In this document: one piece after another, positions 1-9,485 of the stretch
Layout of the letters: each line of letters begins with the position of its first letter
How positions within the stretch are numbered: position 1 is the stretch's first letter
Source: Paludibacteraceae bacterium
GTDB taxonomy: Bacteria > Bacteroidota > Bacteroidia > Bacteroidales > Paludibacteraceae
Direction: 5' to 3'
Assembly: GCA_016295035.1 (NCBI GenBank)
Contig: JAEDLW010000001.1
Span: 2,149-66,148 of the forward strand
Length of the DNA stretch: 64,000 bases
Program-made: the position numbers and the translations under genes
Notes under the pieces: model-generated
The model's database searches: none
What the model was told of the DNA's origin: nothing
The model's input: the letters and a program-made list of their open reading frames with translations, nothing else

Positions 1-573
1 GATTTCGAGGCGCGTTTTGGCAGCTTCGCCGGGTGTAACATGATAGACAACGGACGTGACGATATACTTGCCTTTTAGTTCGTGCTTAAAAGCGCTATCA
101 CGATAACCAAAACGGCATTCTTCATTCGTAAAGACTCGCTCTTCCAGTGTCTGAATATCAATGGTATGGACACGAATAATCACGTCTTTCGCTTCAACGC
201 CATATGCACCCACGTTCTGCACTGCCGAGGCCCCTACTTCACCAGGGATGAGACTGAGTTTCTCCATTCCGGAATAACCCATGTCAGTTAATTGGGCAAT
301 GAGGTCATCAAGACGAAGCCCATTCTGCGCCTCCACAGTTTCATCATCGATAAAACGTGCACGCGCCATTCCCGAATGCAGAATGATGCCATCGAAATCC
401 TTGGTAAATAACAAATTAGATCCTTGACCAATATGGAGTATTTGCTCATTTCTATTGGCTTGGAGCACATCTCGCAACTCGTCCAAAGAGTAGTACTCAA
501 TGAAACGTTTGGCCTTGACATCGATGCCGAACGTGTTGTACGGCAGGAGTGATATATTGTTTAAATCTCGCAT
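1..573 (-). CDS. murB: UDP-N-acetylenolpyruvoylglucosamine reductase MurB, N-terminal part; the gene runs off the left edge
   Basis: It is absent from the ORF track because no stop lies in the window. Hand translation of the minus strand from the ATG (cat at 571-573) gives MRDLNNISLLPYNTFGIDVKAKRFIEYYSLDELRDVL..GQGSNLLF..IPGEVGASAVQNVGAYGVE, which is typical of the MurB FAD-binding half. The start overlaps the nadE stop by 13 nt. Confidence 0.85.
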   Translation of the reverse strand, partial: MRDLNNISLLPYNTFGIDVKAKRFIEYYSLDELRDVLQANRNEQILHIGQGSNLLFTKDFDGIILHSGMARARFIDDETVEAQNGLRLDDLIAQLTDMGYSGMEKLSLIPGEVGASAVQNVGAYGVEAKDVIIRVHTIDIQTLEERVFTNEECRFGYRDSAFKHELKGKYIVTSVVYHVTPGEAAKTRLEI

Positions 574-2483
574 ACGTCAGAAGGCATTCTAAGGTCTCCA
601 CGTGGTGAAAGTCCAACGGGCACAACTTTTGGTCCATCGGGCATGCAGGAGCGTTTAAATTGTTGCGTAAAGAATCTGTGCATGAAGACATTGAGCCACT
701 TAACGATTTCATCTTCAGTGAATTGGTCCTCAAAAGCGAGTGTAGCCATATATGCGATTTTCTCACGTGTAAAACCGTATCTGAGGAAGTAATACATGAA
801 GAAATCATGCAGCTCGTATGGGCCAATCTTATTTTCTGTCTTCTGAGTAATCTGGCCGTTATCATCTGTAGGCAGTAGTTCCGGTGAAACCGGCGTGTCC
901 ACAATGTCAAGCAAGATGCGTCTCGTTCCCTCGTCGAACAGGTTTTCTGCCGCATAACGGACCATGAAACGCACAAGTGTCTTCGGAATGCCGGCATTGA
1001 TGCCATACATAGACATCTGGTCGCCACTATAGGTGCACCAACCAAGAGCCAATTCACTCATGTCACCTGTACCGAGAACAAGGCCGTTGTATTTGTTTGC
1101 CATATCCATAAGAACTAACGTACGTATGCGCGCTTGCGCGTTCTCATACGTAATATCATGCGTTTCGAGGTCGTGGCCGATGTCGTGCAAGTGTTGCGTC
1201 GCCATCTCGCGGATTGGTATTTCGTGGATAGTAATGCCCAAGTGTTCCATAAGGTCCAACGCATTCTGATAAGTACGATCGGATGTGCCGAAGCCAGGCA
1301 TCGTAACACCAAGAATCTGGGAACGGTCGTAACCAAGTTGGTCGGCTGCCTGAACAGCGACAAGAAGGGCTAAGGTTGAATCTAGACCTCCACTCACGCC
1401 AAGCACAATGGTCTCTGCATGGGTATGTTCCCAGCGACGTGCAAGGGCCGAAGTCTGGATAGATAGCACATCCTCAGCATAGGTATCAGCTTCATTCATT
1501 GTCGGCAAGAAAGGCGTTGTAGAGAACTTACGGTGAGAAGCTTCGGCATATTCTGGATCACCTTCAAACGGCACCACAGGAATCTGACGATAATAGCCAT
1601 GCTGATCCTTTGTGAAGTTCGTATTTCGCTCTCTATCAATGCGTAAGCGCTCAATATCTATCTCGGAGATAATCATACTACTCTCCCTACAGAAACGTTC
1701 GCCCTGCTCCAACAAATCGCCATTTTCGCAGATATAGGTCGAGCCGGAAAATACCACGTCAGTAGTGGATTCGCCTACTCCGGAACTGGTATACACATAA
1801 CCACAATGCACACGTGCGGATTGTTGCTCAATCATCTGACGGCGATAAGCATGCTTGCCCGTGACGCAGTTTGAACTTGACAGGTTGAAGATGAGTTCGG
1901 CACCTTGGATAGCCAATTGCGTTGAAGGAGGTAACGGACTCCAAAGGTCTTCGCAGATCTCTATACCAAAGGTATAGTTCCGCGTGACAAATAGTAAATC
2001 TACACCAAAAGGCACTTGTCCGCACCATAGTTCGATAGTAGGGATACGCGGTTTTCCGTCATGCATACGGATAGAGCGACCACTAGTGAACCAACGTTTC
2101 TCATAAAATTCGCCTGTGTTCGGCAGATTGATTTTAGGCACCACCCCCATAACTTCGCCATCCGTCATGACGAAAGAGCAATTGAAGAGATTGTTATCCA
2201 CTTTCAGAGGCGCACCGACTAAGACGATAATGTGTTTCTCGCGTGTAAAGTCACAAATCTGCTCCAAAGCAGTCAAAGCATCCTGTTGGAGTTGGCGCGT
2301 GAAGAAAAGGTCTGCACAGGTGTAGCCGGTAACAGTCAATTCGGGGAAACAGATAACCTCAACACCTTCTTCCACAGCTTCAGCTATCTGTTCCTTCACT
2401 TGCTTGACGTTGAATGCACAATCGGCGACACGTACTGTCGGAACGGCCGCTGCAACTCTGACAAATCCAAAATTAGTCTTCAT
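561..2483 (-). CDS. nadE: Glutamine-dependent NAD+ synthetase (N-terminal CN-hydrolase domain plus C-terminal NAD synthase domain)
   Basis: The track ORF is 561..2552. I trimmed the start to MKTNFGFVRVAAAVP (ATG at 2483), because a TAATTTTG -7 box lies at 2522-2529 inside the longer ORF. The SGGLDS PP-loop motif (GVSGGLDST) and a nitrilase-like N-terminal domain are present. Confidence 0.92.
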   Translation of the reverse strand: MKTNFGFVRVAAAVPTVRVADCAFNVKQVKEQIAEAVEEGVEVICFPELTVTGYTCADLFFTRQLQQDALTALEQICDFTREKHIIVLVGAPLKVDNNLFNCSFVMTDGEVMGVVPKINLPNTGEFYEKRWFTSGRSIRMHDGKPRIPTIELWCGQVPFGVDLLFVTRNYTFGIEICEDLWSPLPPSTQLAIQGAELIFNLSSSNCVTGKHAYRRQMIEQQSARVHCGYVYTSSGVGESTTDVVFSGSTYICENGDLLEQGERFCRESSMIISEIDIERLRIDRERNTNFTKDQHGYYRQIPVVPFEGDPEYAEASHRKFSTTPFLPTMNEADTYAEDVLSIQTSALARRWEHTHAETIVLGVSGGLDSTLALLVAVQAADQLGYDRSQILGVTMPGFGTSDRTYQNALDLMEHLGITIHEIPIREMATQHLHDIGHDLETHDITYENAQARIRTLVLMDMANKYNGLVLGTGDMSELALGWCTYSGDQMSMYGINAGIPKTLVRFMVRYAAENLFDEGTRRILLDIVDTPVSPELLPTDDNGQITQKTENKIGPYELHDFFMYYFLRYGFTREKIAYMATLAFEDQFTEDEIVKWLNVFMHRFFTQQFKRSCMPDGPKVVPVGLSPRGDLRMPSDVCEI

Positions 2484-2521
2484 ATTATGAAATTTTAAGC
2501 ACGTTACTACAAAAAAGCGTA

Positions 2522-2529
2522 CAAAATTA
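2522..2529 (-). promoter_or_regulatory. Bacteroidetes-type -7 box (TAATTTTG) upstream of nadE
   Basis: The minus strand reads gtgTAATTTTGtacgc, 39 nt upstream of the ATG at 2483. Confidence 0.45.
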
Positions 2530-2602
2530 CACAAAAAATCGCATACTTGCAAATTTTTTGCATTTTTTTGTCGAAAAATTTGTACATATGAATAAAAAGC
2601 AG

Positions 2603-2610
2603 TACTTTTG
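2603..2610 (+). promoter_or_regulatory. -7 box TACTTTTG of the tRNA-Glu promoter
   Basis: AAAGCAGTACTTTTGCAGCCGC lies 17 nt before the tRNA 5' end, with TTTG 20 nt upstream as a -33 element. The same module occurs at the ffs, tRNA-Ala and 38987 promoters. Confidence 0.6.
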
Positions 2611-2626
2611 CAGCCGCTTTTGAAAA

Positions 2627-2699
2627 GGTGCTATCGTCTAGTGGCCTAGGACAACGGCCTCTCACGCCGTAAACCCCGGTTCGAGTCCGGGTAGCACTA
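2627..2699 (+). tRNA. tRNA-Glu (anticodon CUC)
   Basis: Cloverleaf read by hand: acceptor GGTGCTA/TAGCACT with a G1-U72 wobble, D arm TCGTCTAGTGGCCTAGGAC as in tRNA-Glu, and anticodon stem ACGGC/GCCGT. The anticodon loop is CT-CTC-AC and the T arm is CCCGG-TTCGAGT-CCGGG. No CCA is encoded. Confidence 0.85.
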
Positions 2700-2703
2700 C
2701 AAG

Positions 2704-2736
2704 GTGACTTATTCAGATTGAATAGGTCACTTTTTT
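2704..2736 (+). terminator. Rho-independent terminator after tRNA-Glu
   Basis: A 12-bp stem GTGACTTATTCA/TGAATAGGTCAC is followed by TTTTTT. Confidence 0.75.
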
Positions 2737-2769
2737 AAACTACATCAGGCAACTGTACAACTAAATGTA

Positions 2770-3378
2770 ATGTATTACAAAGCCGGCGACATAACATTAG
2801 ACAGCACATCCCATCGCGTGACACGTGACGGGAAAACGATAAGCCTGACACCGCTGGAATTCGCTTTATTAGAGTTCCTTATGCGGCATCCTAATCGTTT
2901 GTGCGCGCGTGCGGAAATCATAGATAAGGTGTGGGGCGCACAGTTTCACTACGACACTGGCACGATGGATGTACACCTCAATGCCTTACGTCGCAAGTTA
3001 GGATGTACGCGCAATCGGCCTATTGAGACCATCCGTGGCGTTGGATTGATTTTGCACACAGAAGAGCCTTGCCCGTATACACTACCCATTCAAACATTTA
3101 TTACAGAGTGGCTACAAAGCCATTTAGGCGACTTCGAAAGTAAAGGTCTTGTGCCACGTATGCACCTTGACCCATTCGTGAGCGAGATAACAATGTCGCC
3201 TGACGAACTACGAACGATGTTAGATGGTATTCTCGCCGCATTGCTTCCTTCTGCTAAGCCGGGCACAATTAAAATTTCATCGCATTTAAGCCTGAATTCA
3301 TTCTCCCTTACACTAGCTATTAACGGTACTATCAACGAACTCCGCATTCCAATATGCGGGGATTTAAAGATCTCTTAA
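2770..3378 (+). CDS. Stand-alone OmpR/PhoB-type winged-helix DNA-binding protein with no receiver domain and an uncharacterised C-terminal ~100 aa
   Basis: The N-terminus starts directly with the Trans_reg_C pattern (LDSTSHRVTRDGKTISLTPLEFALLEFLMRHPNRLCARAEIIDKVWG...DVHLNALRRKL...IETIRGVGLIL). Only about 30 nt lie upstream after the tRNA terminator, leaving no room for a receiver domain. Confidence 0.7.
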   Translation: MYYKAGDITLDSTSHRVTRDGKTISLTPLEFALLEFLMRHPNRLCARAEIIDKVWGAQFHYDTGTMDVHLNALRRKLGCTRNRPIETIRGVGLILHTEEPCPYTLPIQTFITEWLQSHLGDFESKGLVPRMHLDPFVSEITMSPDELRTMLDGILAALLPSAKPGTIKISSHLSLNSFSLTLAINGTINELRIPICGDLKIS

Positions 3379-3434
3379 TATTCTAAAATGACCGATGTGA
3401 ACGACCGAGACGATATCTCTACTCGCGTCTTTTG

Positions 3435-3508
3435 TGGAGTATAGCGGACTCGAACCGCTCACCTCAACACTGCCAGTGTTGCGCTCTAGCCAGATGAGCT
3501 AATACCCC
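3435..3508 (-). tRNA. tRNA-Ala (anticodon GGC)
   Basis: The reverse complement is GGGGTATTAGCTCATCTGGCTAGAGCGCAACACTGGCAGTGTTGAGGTGAGCGGTTCGAGTCCGCTATACTCCA. It has the G3-U70 Ala identity pair and the anticodon loop CT-GGC-AG. Confidence 0.9.
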
Positions 3509-3520
3509 GAGCATCCTTTG

Positions 3521-3593
3521 TGGAGTATAGGGGACTCGAACCCCTTACCTTAACATTGCGAACGTTACGCTCTACCAGATGAGCTAATACCCC
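3521..3593 (-). tRNA. tRNA-Ala (anticodon CGC)
   Basis: The reverse complement is GGGGTATTAGCTCATCTGGTAGAGCGTAACGTTCGCAATGTTAAGGTAAGGGGTTCGAGTCCCCTATACTCCA. It has the G3-U70 pair and the anticodon loop TT-CGC-AA. Confidence 0.9.
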
Positions 3594-3669
3594 CGGAACA
3601 TCCTTCCAATTTCGAAAGGAACTGCCTCCGCCTAGGATGGTATAAATCATTCCAACGGATTTTCCGCTG

Positions 3670-3677
3670 CAAAAGTA
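3670..3677 (-). promoter_or_regulatory. -7 box TACTTTTG of the tRNA-Ala pair promoter
   Basis: The minus strand reads TTTGCGTATTCCAAATAATTGTAGTACTTTTGCAGCGG, nearly identical to the ffs promoter at 46021-46060. Confidence 0.6.
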
Positions 3678-3740
3678 CTACAATTATTTGGAATACGCAA
3701 ACATTTTTGCAAAGAAAAAGCATGCGTACACCAAATATTG

Positions 3741-4868
3741 TTAGTCCAAACACTTGTCTAATGCCTCAATGATGGCGTTTTTGTCCATCTTTTGTCCGAT
3801 GAATACGAGCTTTTGCATTCTGTCTCCATACTCTTCGTCCCAGTCGCGACGCAAAATTGGATCATGTTGTAAAGCTGCATTGAGTTCGTCCTTTGGCATA
3901 GTTGCATAGAACTGGCCACATTGTTTGACGCCAATCTGCTTGCCGGCTTGTTCCAATAAGTAGCACATGTCATATTCATCCGAGAAATAACACATACCCT
4001 TGCAGCGAATAACCGACTTCGGCCAATGGCGCGCCACAAACTCATCAAACAGACCCAGATTAAATGGACGACGGCGATAATAAACAAATGTGTCTATTCC
4101 GTATTCATACGCTTCACCTTCATCCTCATCTTCAACATCACCCTCAACGCCCTCAATCCATGCCGCACTGCCTGCAACAGCATCAAAACTGAACAGATGC
4201 GTGTGCAATATTTTGTCAAACGGCACATCGCAATAGTCGCAATTGACAATCTCAGCATGAGGCTGAATAGCACGAATAATGGCGCGAATATGCTCGATTT
4301 CATCGGGAGACACCTCACTCGCTTTATTCAGCAAAATAAGGTTGCAAAACTCAATTTGTTGGATTACAAGCGATGCCAAATCCTCCTCGTTGGTGAACTC
4401 TTTCTTCGCTTTTTCACCTAAATCACCGAATTCATCGCGCAAACGGAGTGCATCCACTACTGTCACGATATTGTCCAAAACAGGCATCGGATCCTCCGTA
4501 AACGGCACCATCTTAGAGTACGAACAAATCGTCTGGGCAATAGGAGCCGGCTCACATATACCGCTGGCCTCAATAACAATATAATCGAACTTGCGTGCTA
4601 CACACAGGTCATGCAATTGCTCAACCAAATCCATCTTCAGAGTGCAACAGATACAGCCGTTCGTCAATGACAGCAAATTAGAATCATTCTGGTTCACTAC
4701 TCCGCCCTTTTGAATCAAGTCAGCATCGATATTCACTTCGCCTATGTCATTGACTATCACCGCGAAACGAATACCTTCAGTGTTCGCTAAAATGCGATTG
4801 AGAAGTGTCGTCTTACCACTGCCCAGATAACCCGTGAGCAGCAAAACCGGGATATTATTTACCTGCAT
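3741..4868 (-). CDS. COG0523/CobW-family G3E GTPase (putative metal chaperone)
   Basis: It has the P-loop GYLGSGKTTLLNRIL, the CxCC metal motif GCICCTL and an acidic stretch EGVEGDVEDEDEGE. I chose the start at MQVNNIPVLLLTG (ATG at 4868), which overlaps the upstream gene stop (4855) by 14 nt. Confidence 0.85.
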   Translation of the reverse strand: MQVNNIPVLLLTGYLGSGKTTLLNRILANTEGIRFAVIVNDIGEVNIDADLIQKGGVVNQNDSNLLSLTNGCICCTLKMDLVEQLHDLCVARKFDYIVIEASGICEPAPIAQTICSYSKMVPFTEDPMPVLDNIVTVVDALRLRDEFGDLGEKAKKEFTNEEDLASLVIQQIEFCNLILLNKASEVSPDEIEHIRAIIRAIQPHAEIVNCDYCDVPFDKILHTHLFSFDAVAGSAAWIEGVEGDVEDEDEGEAYEYGIDTFVYYRRRPFNLGLFDEFVARHWPKSVIRCKGMCYFSDEYDMCYLLEQAGKQIGVKQCGQFYATMPKDELNAALQHDPILRRDWDEEYGDRMQKLVFIGQKMDKNAIIEALDKCLD

Positions 4869-7800
4869 ATTGGACATACAATGGATAATACTTATCAAAT
4901 AATTCTGTTTGTTTATAGCGCTCTACATTTTGCAGCACGTAGCCCAAAACTGCACGGTGATGACCAAGCGTCGACTGCATCGCATTACGTGTCTGCTTAT
5001 CGGCTTGTGCGCCCCATGCAAGATATTCCACATCTGTCGAAGCTACAGCATCCATAATATGATTTGCTTTCTCTATATCTTCCTGAGTACCAAGCATATA
5101 GTAGAACGATGCCATCGTAGCTGATGTATAATCATAAGGCACATTGCATTGCGGCAACATCTCTTCCGCATAATCCAACACTTCGCGACATTGATCGCGT
5201 TTGCCTTCACGCAATAACGCTTCAGCCAACTCCATAAACATCATACGATGTGTACGACACATGCGCATAAGATTCTCATCAATGTAGATACCAGGTTTGT
5301 TGAGGTTGCCGTATTTGAACTTATGCATCATATTCTCGTACATCTTCTCGGTATTAACGCGCGGTTGTCCGTCACGGCTGCGAGTCGGAGTCACACGATA
5401 TGCCAGACCCGTAAGCTCAAAATACGGTTCTAGACCCAGATAATAGTCATTTCCTACCGTCACAGCAAAGTATATCGGACGCTCCCAATTATTATGAGCA
5501 TTCTGCGACAACATCTCAAGAACCATCATCTCAGAACGGGTATAACGACGGGCCTGCTTTACAGGGATCTGTTCACCGTTCAAACCTTCAATATATAACT
5601 GATTAGTAGGAATATAGTTATCGCCATCTTTCTTCGTGCGAGGGTCTTCTGAACGCAGAAAATCAAATGCTTTCTTCACATCCAAAGGCTGATTCAAGCG
5701 ATTATCCACCCACACCACTTCATTCTTGCCGGGCATATAATCTTTATACTCCCACGAAATAGGCAACGCTGTCGATTCGTAATAAGGACGTTTCATCTGC
5801 CCAATATACCAATCTGTCTGCAAATAAGACAGGTTGCAAACACGCAAATCCGTTCCTACTTCTTCAACTTCCTGATTATACCAAAGTGGGAAGGTATCGT
5901 TATCACCATTAGAGAAAATTATACCGTCCTTCTCGCAAGATTTCAGGTAATTAGCGCCAAAGTCACGACATGAATAACGCTGCGAACGATCATGGTCATC
6001 CCAGTTCTGCGAAGCCATTTGTGCAGGCACTAAAAGAGCCACAACACTTACTACACATGCGATAGCCACTTTCGCCTTCTCGCTCTTCATCGCCTTGTTG
6101 ATCCAGCTTGCCAATGCAATCACGCCCATACCAATCCAAATGCAGAACGCATAGAAACTTCCCGCATACGCGTAGTCACGTTCGCGCGGTTGATAAGGTG
6201 TCTGGTTCAAGTAAACAACAATAGCAAGACCGGTAAGGAAGAACAGCAGGAATGTCACAGTAAAGCTTCGCCAGCCCGAATGAACTGTCTTTTCACCCTC
6301 TTTGCGACGAACTGAAACTTGCCATATAACTCCCAGTATACCAAGCAGTAAGGGCAACATATAGTACACATTATGACCCTTATTTTCCTTCAGTTCACGA
6401 GGAAGAGCATCTTGGTCGCCAAGCATCGCGTTGTCAATAAACGGAATACCCGTAATCCAGTTTCCTTTGGTGATATCGCCATAACTCTGCAAGTCGTTTT
6501 GACGGCCTGAGAAGTTCCACATGAAATAGCGCCAATACATGAAATTAACCTGATAACGGAAGAAGAAACGAAGGTTCTCACCAAACGTCGGGCAGTAATC
6601 CGTCTTTTGTTGGCCACAATACTCATAGCGCACACGACGACCTTTGATATTGGCCCATTGTTTATAACCCTGAATATGGTTCGGTTGGCCTGAATACATA
6701 CGAGGGAACAACATCTTGAACTCGCTCATATACTCATACGACGTCTTATATCCCGTCATAGTATAACGGTCTTTGCCGCCTTCCTCTTTCGGTGCCGGAG
6801 CATACTGCGCATGACCTTGTTTTTCCACAGGAATACACATATTGCCCTGCACTTTCAGTTTCACAGGCGCATTATATGTCTGGCCGTACAGCAACGGACA
6901 ATCGCCATATTGCTCACGGTTTAGATAATACTTCAAACTGAACACATTATCCGGAGAGTTTTGGTCCATCGGAGTGTCAGCATTGGAGCGAATCACAAGC
7001 ACCGCATAACTTGAGTAGCCCACAATAATCATCGTAACCATCAAAAGACCGGTATTCAGCCAGCGCCACAAGTTTTTACCCTTACCTTCTGCATATTCAG
7101 CTTTCGCACGTTGAAGCGTATAAATCAAACCCCAAATAAGCAAACCGCCTAGCAGTACAAGACAAACCGCCAATCCCGTATTAAACGGACATCCGAATAC
7201 ATTCACAAACAGCAATTCAAACCAGCCGATAAGGGTCGGTATTCCCGGAATTATACCGTATAGAACTACCGCCAAAATCACTACACTGATAAGGAACGCG
7301 TATATCGCACCTTTCCACGAGAACTGGTAGCGACGGAAGTAATAAACCATCACAATCGCCGGAATTGTCAGCAAGTTCAGCAAGTGAACACCAATACTCA
7401 AACCCATCAAATAAGCTATCAGTATCAGCCAACGGTCACTTCCTTCTTCGTCTGCCTGCTCGTCCCATTTCAGTATTAGCCAGAACACGACTGCAGTAAA
7501 CAATGACGAGGACGCATAAACCTCACCCTCAACCGCCGAAAACCAGAATGTGTCCGAAAATGTATAGGCCAAAGCACCTACTGCACCAGCTCCTAAAATG
7601 GCAATATCTTGCCATAAAGAACTCGTATTTTCTTCCGATTTCACCGGTACTTTTGAACGCAACTTACGAGCCAAAGCGGTTATCGTCCAGAACAAGAACA
7701 AAATCGTAAACGCACTCGCCAAGGCTGACAAAGCATTCACACACATCGCCACATGACTCGAATCACTCGCAAACAGCGAGAAAAAATGACCCATCAACAT

Positions 7801-7971
7801 GAAAAACGGCGCTCCGGGCGGATGACCTACATCTAACTTGTGTGCACTCGCAATAAACTCACCGCAGTCCCAAAAACTTGCGGTCGGCTCAATCGTCAAC
7901 AGATATGTGGTAGCGGCTATCGCAAAAACAAGCCAACCACAAATCATGTCCCATAACTTAAAATTCTTCAT
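4855..7971 (-). CDS. DUF2723 / TMEM260-like polytopic membrane protein (GT-C-like glycosyltransferase fold) with a large C-terminal soluble region
   Basis: The 1038-aa protein has the N-terminal motif TIEPTASFWDCGEFIASAHKLDVGHPPGAPFF, characteristic of Bacteroidetes DUF2723 proteins, and many TM segments. Confidence 0.75.
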   Translation of the reverse strand: MKNFKLWDMICGWLVFAIAATTYLLTIEPTASFWDCGEFIASAHKLDVGHPPGAPFFMLMGHFFSLFASDSSHVAMCVNALSALASAFTILFLFWTITALARKLRSKVPVKSEENTSSLWQDIAILGAGAVGALAYTFSDTFWFSAVEGEVYASSSLFTAVVFWLILKWDEQADEEGSDRWLILIAYLMGLSIGVHLLNLLTIPAIVMVYYFRRYQFSWKGAIYAFLISVVILAVVLYGIIPGIPTLIGWFELLFVNVFGCPFNTGLAVCLVLLGGLLIWGLIYTLQRAKAEYAEGKGKNLWRWLNTGLLMVTMIIVGYSSYAVLVIRSNADTPMDQNSPDNVFSLKYYLNREQYGDCPLLYGQTYNAPVKLKVQGNMCIPVEKQGHAQYAPAPKEEGGKDRYTMTGYKTSYEYMSEFKMLFPRMYSGQPNHIQGYKQWANIKGRRVRYEYCGQQKTDYCPTFGENLRFFFRYQVNFMYWRYFMWNFSGRQNDLQSYGDITKGNWITGIPFIDNAMLGDQDALPRELKENKGHNVYYMLPLLLGILGVIWQVSVRRKEGEKTVHSGWRSFTVTFLLFFLTGLAIVVYLNQTPYQPRERDYAYAGSFYAFCIWIGMGVIALASWINKAMKSEKAKVAIACVVSVVALLVPAQMASQNWDDHDRSQRYSCRDFGANYLKSCEKDGIIFSNGDNDTFPLWYNQEVEEVGTDLRVCNLSYLQTDWYIGQMKRPYYESTALPISWEYKDYMPGKNEVVWVDNRLNQPLDVKKAFDFLRSEDPRTKKDGDNYIPTNQLYIEGLNGEQIPVKQARRYTRSEMMVLEMLSQNAHNNWERPIYFAVTVGNDYYLGLEPYFELTGLAYRVTPTRSRDGQPRVNTEKMYENMMHKFKYGNLNKPGIYIDENLMRMCRTHRMMFMELAEALLREGKRDQCREVLDYAEEMLPQCNVPYDYTSATMASFYYMLGTQEDIEKANHIMDAVASTDVEYLAWGAQADKQTRNAMQSTLGHHRAVLGYVLQNVERYKQTELFDKYYPLYVQYAGK

Positions 7972-8122
7972 TTATCTACGTTTTTTGCCTAATTTACAAA
8001 AATAGCGTGCAAAATTACAACATATATTTTATATATGCAAATTCCTCACATAAAAAATATGCAAAAATACGCATTTCTGTACAAAAATGATAACAAAACT
8101 TGCGCACGTGCGAGAAATTTTA

Positions 8123-8130
8123 TAATTTTG
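8123..8130 (+). promoter_or_regulatory. -7 box TAATTTTG upstream of the polysaccharide locus
   Basis: tatAATTTTGcgcgc lies 36 nt before the ATG at 8166. The 10-bp palindrome CGCACGTGCG lies just upstream at 8103-8112. Confidence 0.5.
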
Positions 8131-8165
8131 CGCGCTTTTTTGGATATTATTGTTAACAACATAAA

Positions 8166-9461
8166 ATGGAACTCAAAAACAGAACTATTGCGGTTATCGG
8201 CCTTGGATATGTCGGCCTGCCGCTCGCCATTGAATATGGCAAAAAGTATCGTGTCATCGGATTTGACATCTTCAAAGCACGCGTCGAAGAACTCGATAGA
8301 GGCGAAGACCATACGCTCGAAGCAGATCTCGTCGGAATGAAACAAGCGCGTGAACTCTTCAAATCAACCGGTAAAATCGGACTTTCTTTCACCTCTAACC
8401 CGGAAGAACTCAAACAGGTCAATACCTACATCGTTACAGTCCCTACTCCAATTGACCGTTTTAACAATCCCGACCTCACTCCGCTAATCAAAGCAAGCGA
8501 GACCATCGGAAAAACACTCAACAAAGGAGACATCGTCATCTATGAGTCTACCGTTTACCCGGGCTGCACAGAAGAAGACTGCGTACCTGTACTCGAGAAA
8601 AATAGCGGACTCAAATTCAACAAAGACTTCTTCTGCGGATATAGCCCGGAACGTATCAATCCCGGCGATAAAGTCAATACACTCACTAAAATCAAAAAAA
8701 TCACTTCAGGTTCAACGCCGGAGATAGCCGATATCGTCGATGCACTATACAACTCCATCCTCGAAAACGGCACACACCGCGCACCAAACATGAAAGTAGC
8801 TGAAGCCGCTAAAGCCGTTGAAAACAGCCAACGAGACGTCAACATATCATTTATGAACGAACTCGCACTCATCTGCGACCGCGTAGGAATAGACACCAAC
8901 GACGTCATCGAAGCCGCCGGAACCAAGTGGAACTTCCTCAAATATCGTCCAGGACTCGTTGGAGGGCACTGTATCTCCGTTGATCCGTACTACCTCGCAC
9001 ACAAAGCAAAATCGCTTGGTTACGACCCGAAAGTCATCCTCTCAGGACGTGCAGTCAATAACTCTATCGCAAATTTCATTGCGCATAAAGTACTCAAACT
9101 AATGATTGCTAAAGACCATAAGATTAAGGATGCCAACATCCTCATCTTAGGCGTCACATTTAAAGAAAACTGTCCCGATTGCCGCAACACCAAAGTCGTA
9201 GATATCGCTACCGAGCTTGAGGAATTCGGCTGTAATGTGGACATCTACGACCCGTGGGCTTCTGCAGAAGTCGTAAAACACGAATACGGCAAAGAACTTA
9301 TTCCGGCTATTGACCCAAACAAAAATTATGGCGCTGTCATCGCCTGCGTGAGCCACAACCAATTCAAGTCCTTCGACTTCGCCAAGTACCACAACCAAGG
9401 TGCCGTCATCTTCGACGTCAAAAATTTCGTCGATCGAAACCTCGTAGATAGCCGCCTATAA
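8166..9461 (+). CDS. UDP-N-acetyl-hexosamine 6-dehydrogenase (TviB/WbpO/CapL-like nucleotide-sugar dehydrogenase)
   Basis: It has IAVIGLGYVGLPLAIEYGKKYRVIGFDI..RVEELDRGEDHTLE and the catalytic-region motif GLVGGHCISVDPYY. Confidence 0.8.
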   Translation: MELKNRTIAVIGLGYVGLPLAIEYGKKYRVIGFDIFKARVEELDRGEDHTLEADLVGMKQARELFKSTGKIGLSFTSNPEELKQVNTYIVTVPTPIDRFNNPDLTPLIKASETIGKTLNKGDIVIYESTVYPGCTEEDCVPVLEKNSGLKFNKDFFCGYSPERINPGDKVNTLTKIKKITSGSTPEIADIVDALYNSILENGTHRAPNMKVAEAAKAVENSQRDVNISFMNELALICDRVGIDTNDVIEAAGTKWNFLKYRPGLVGGHCISVDPYYLAHKAKSLGYDPKVILSGRAVNNSIANFIAHKVLKLMIAKDHKIKDANILILGVTFKENCPDCRNTKVVDIATELEEFGCNVDIYDPWASAEVVKHEYGKELIPAIDPNKNYGAVIACVSHNQFKSFDFAKYHNQGAVIFDVKNFVDRNLVDSRL

Positions 9462-9485
9462 CCAGTCACGTACCCGCTAACAAAG

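Noticed and set aside
7972-8165. The capsule promoter might be invertible and phase-variable, as in Bacteroides fragilis.
   Set aside because: I found no pair of flanking inverted repeats bracketing the promoter and no nearby recombinase gene. Only a single 10-bp palindrome is present.
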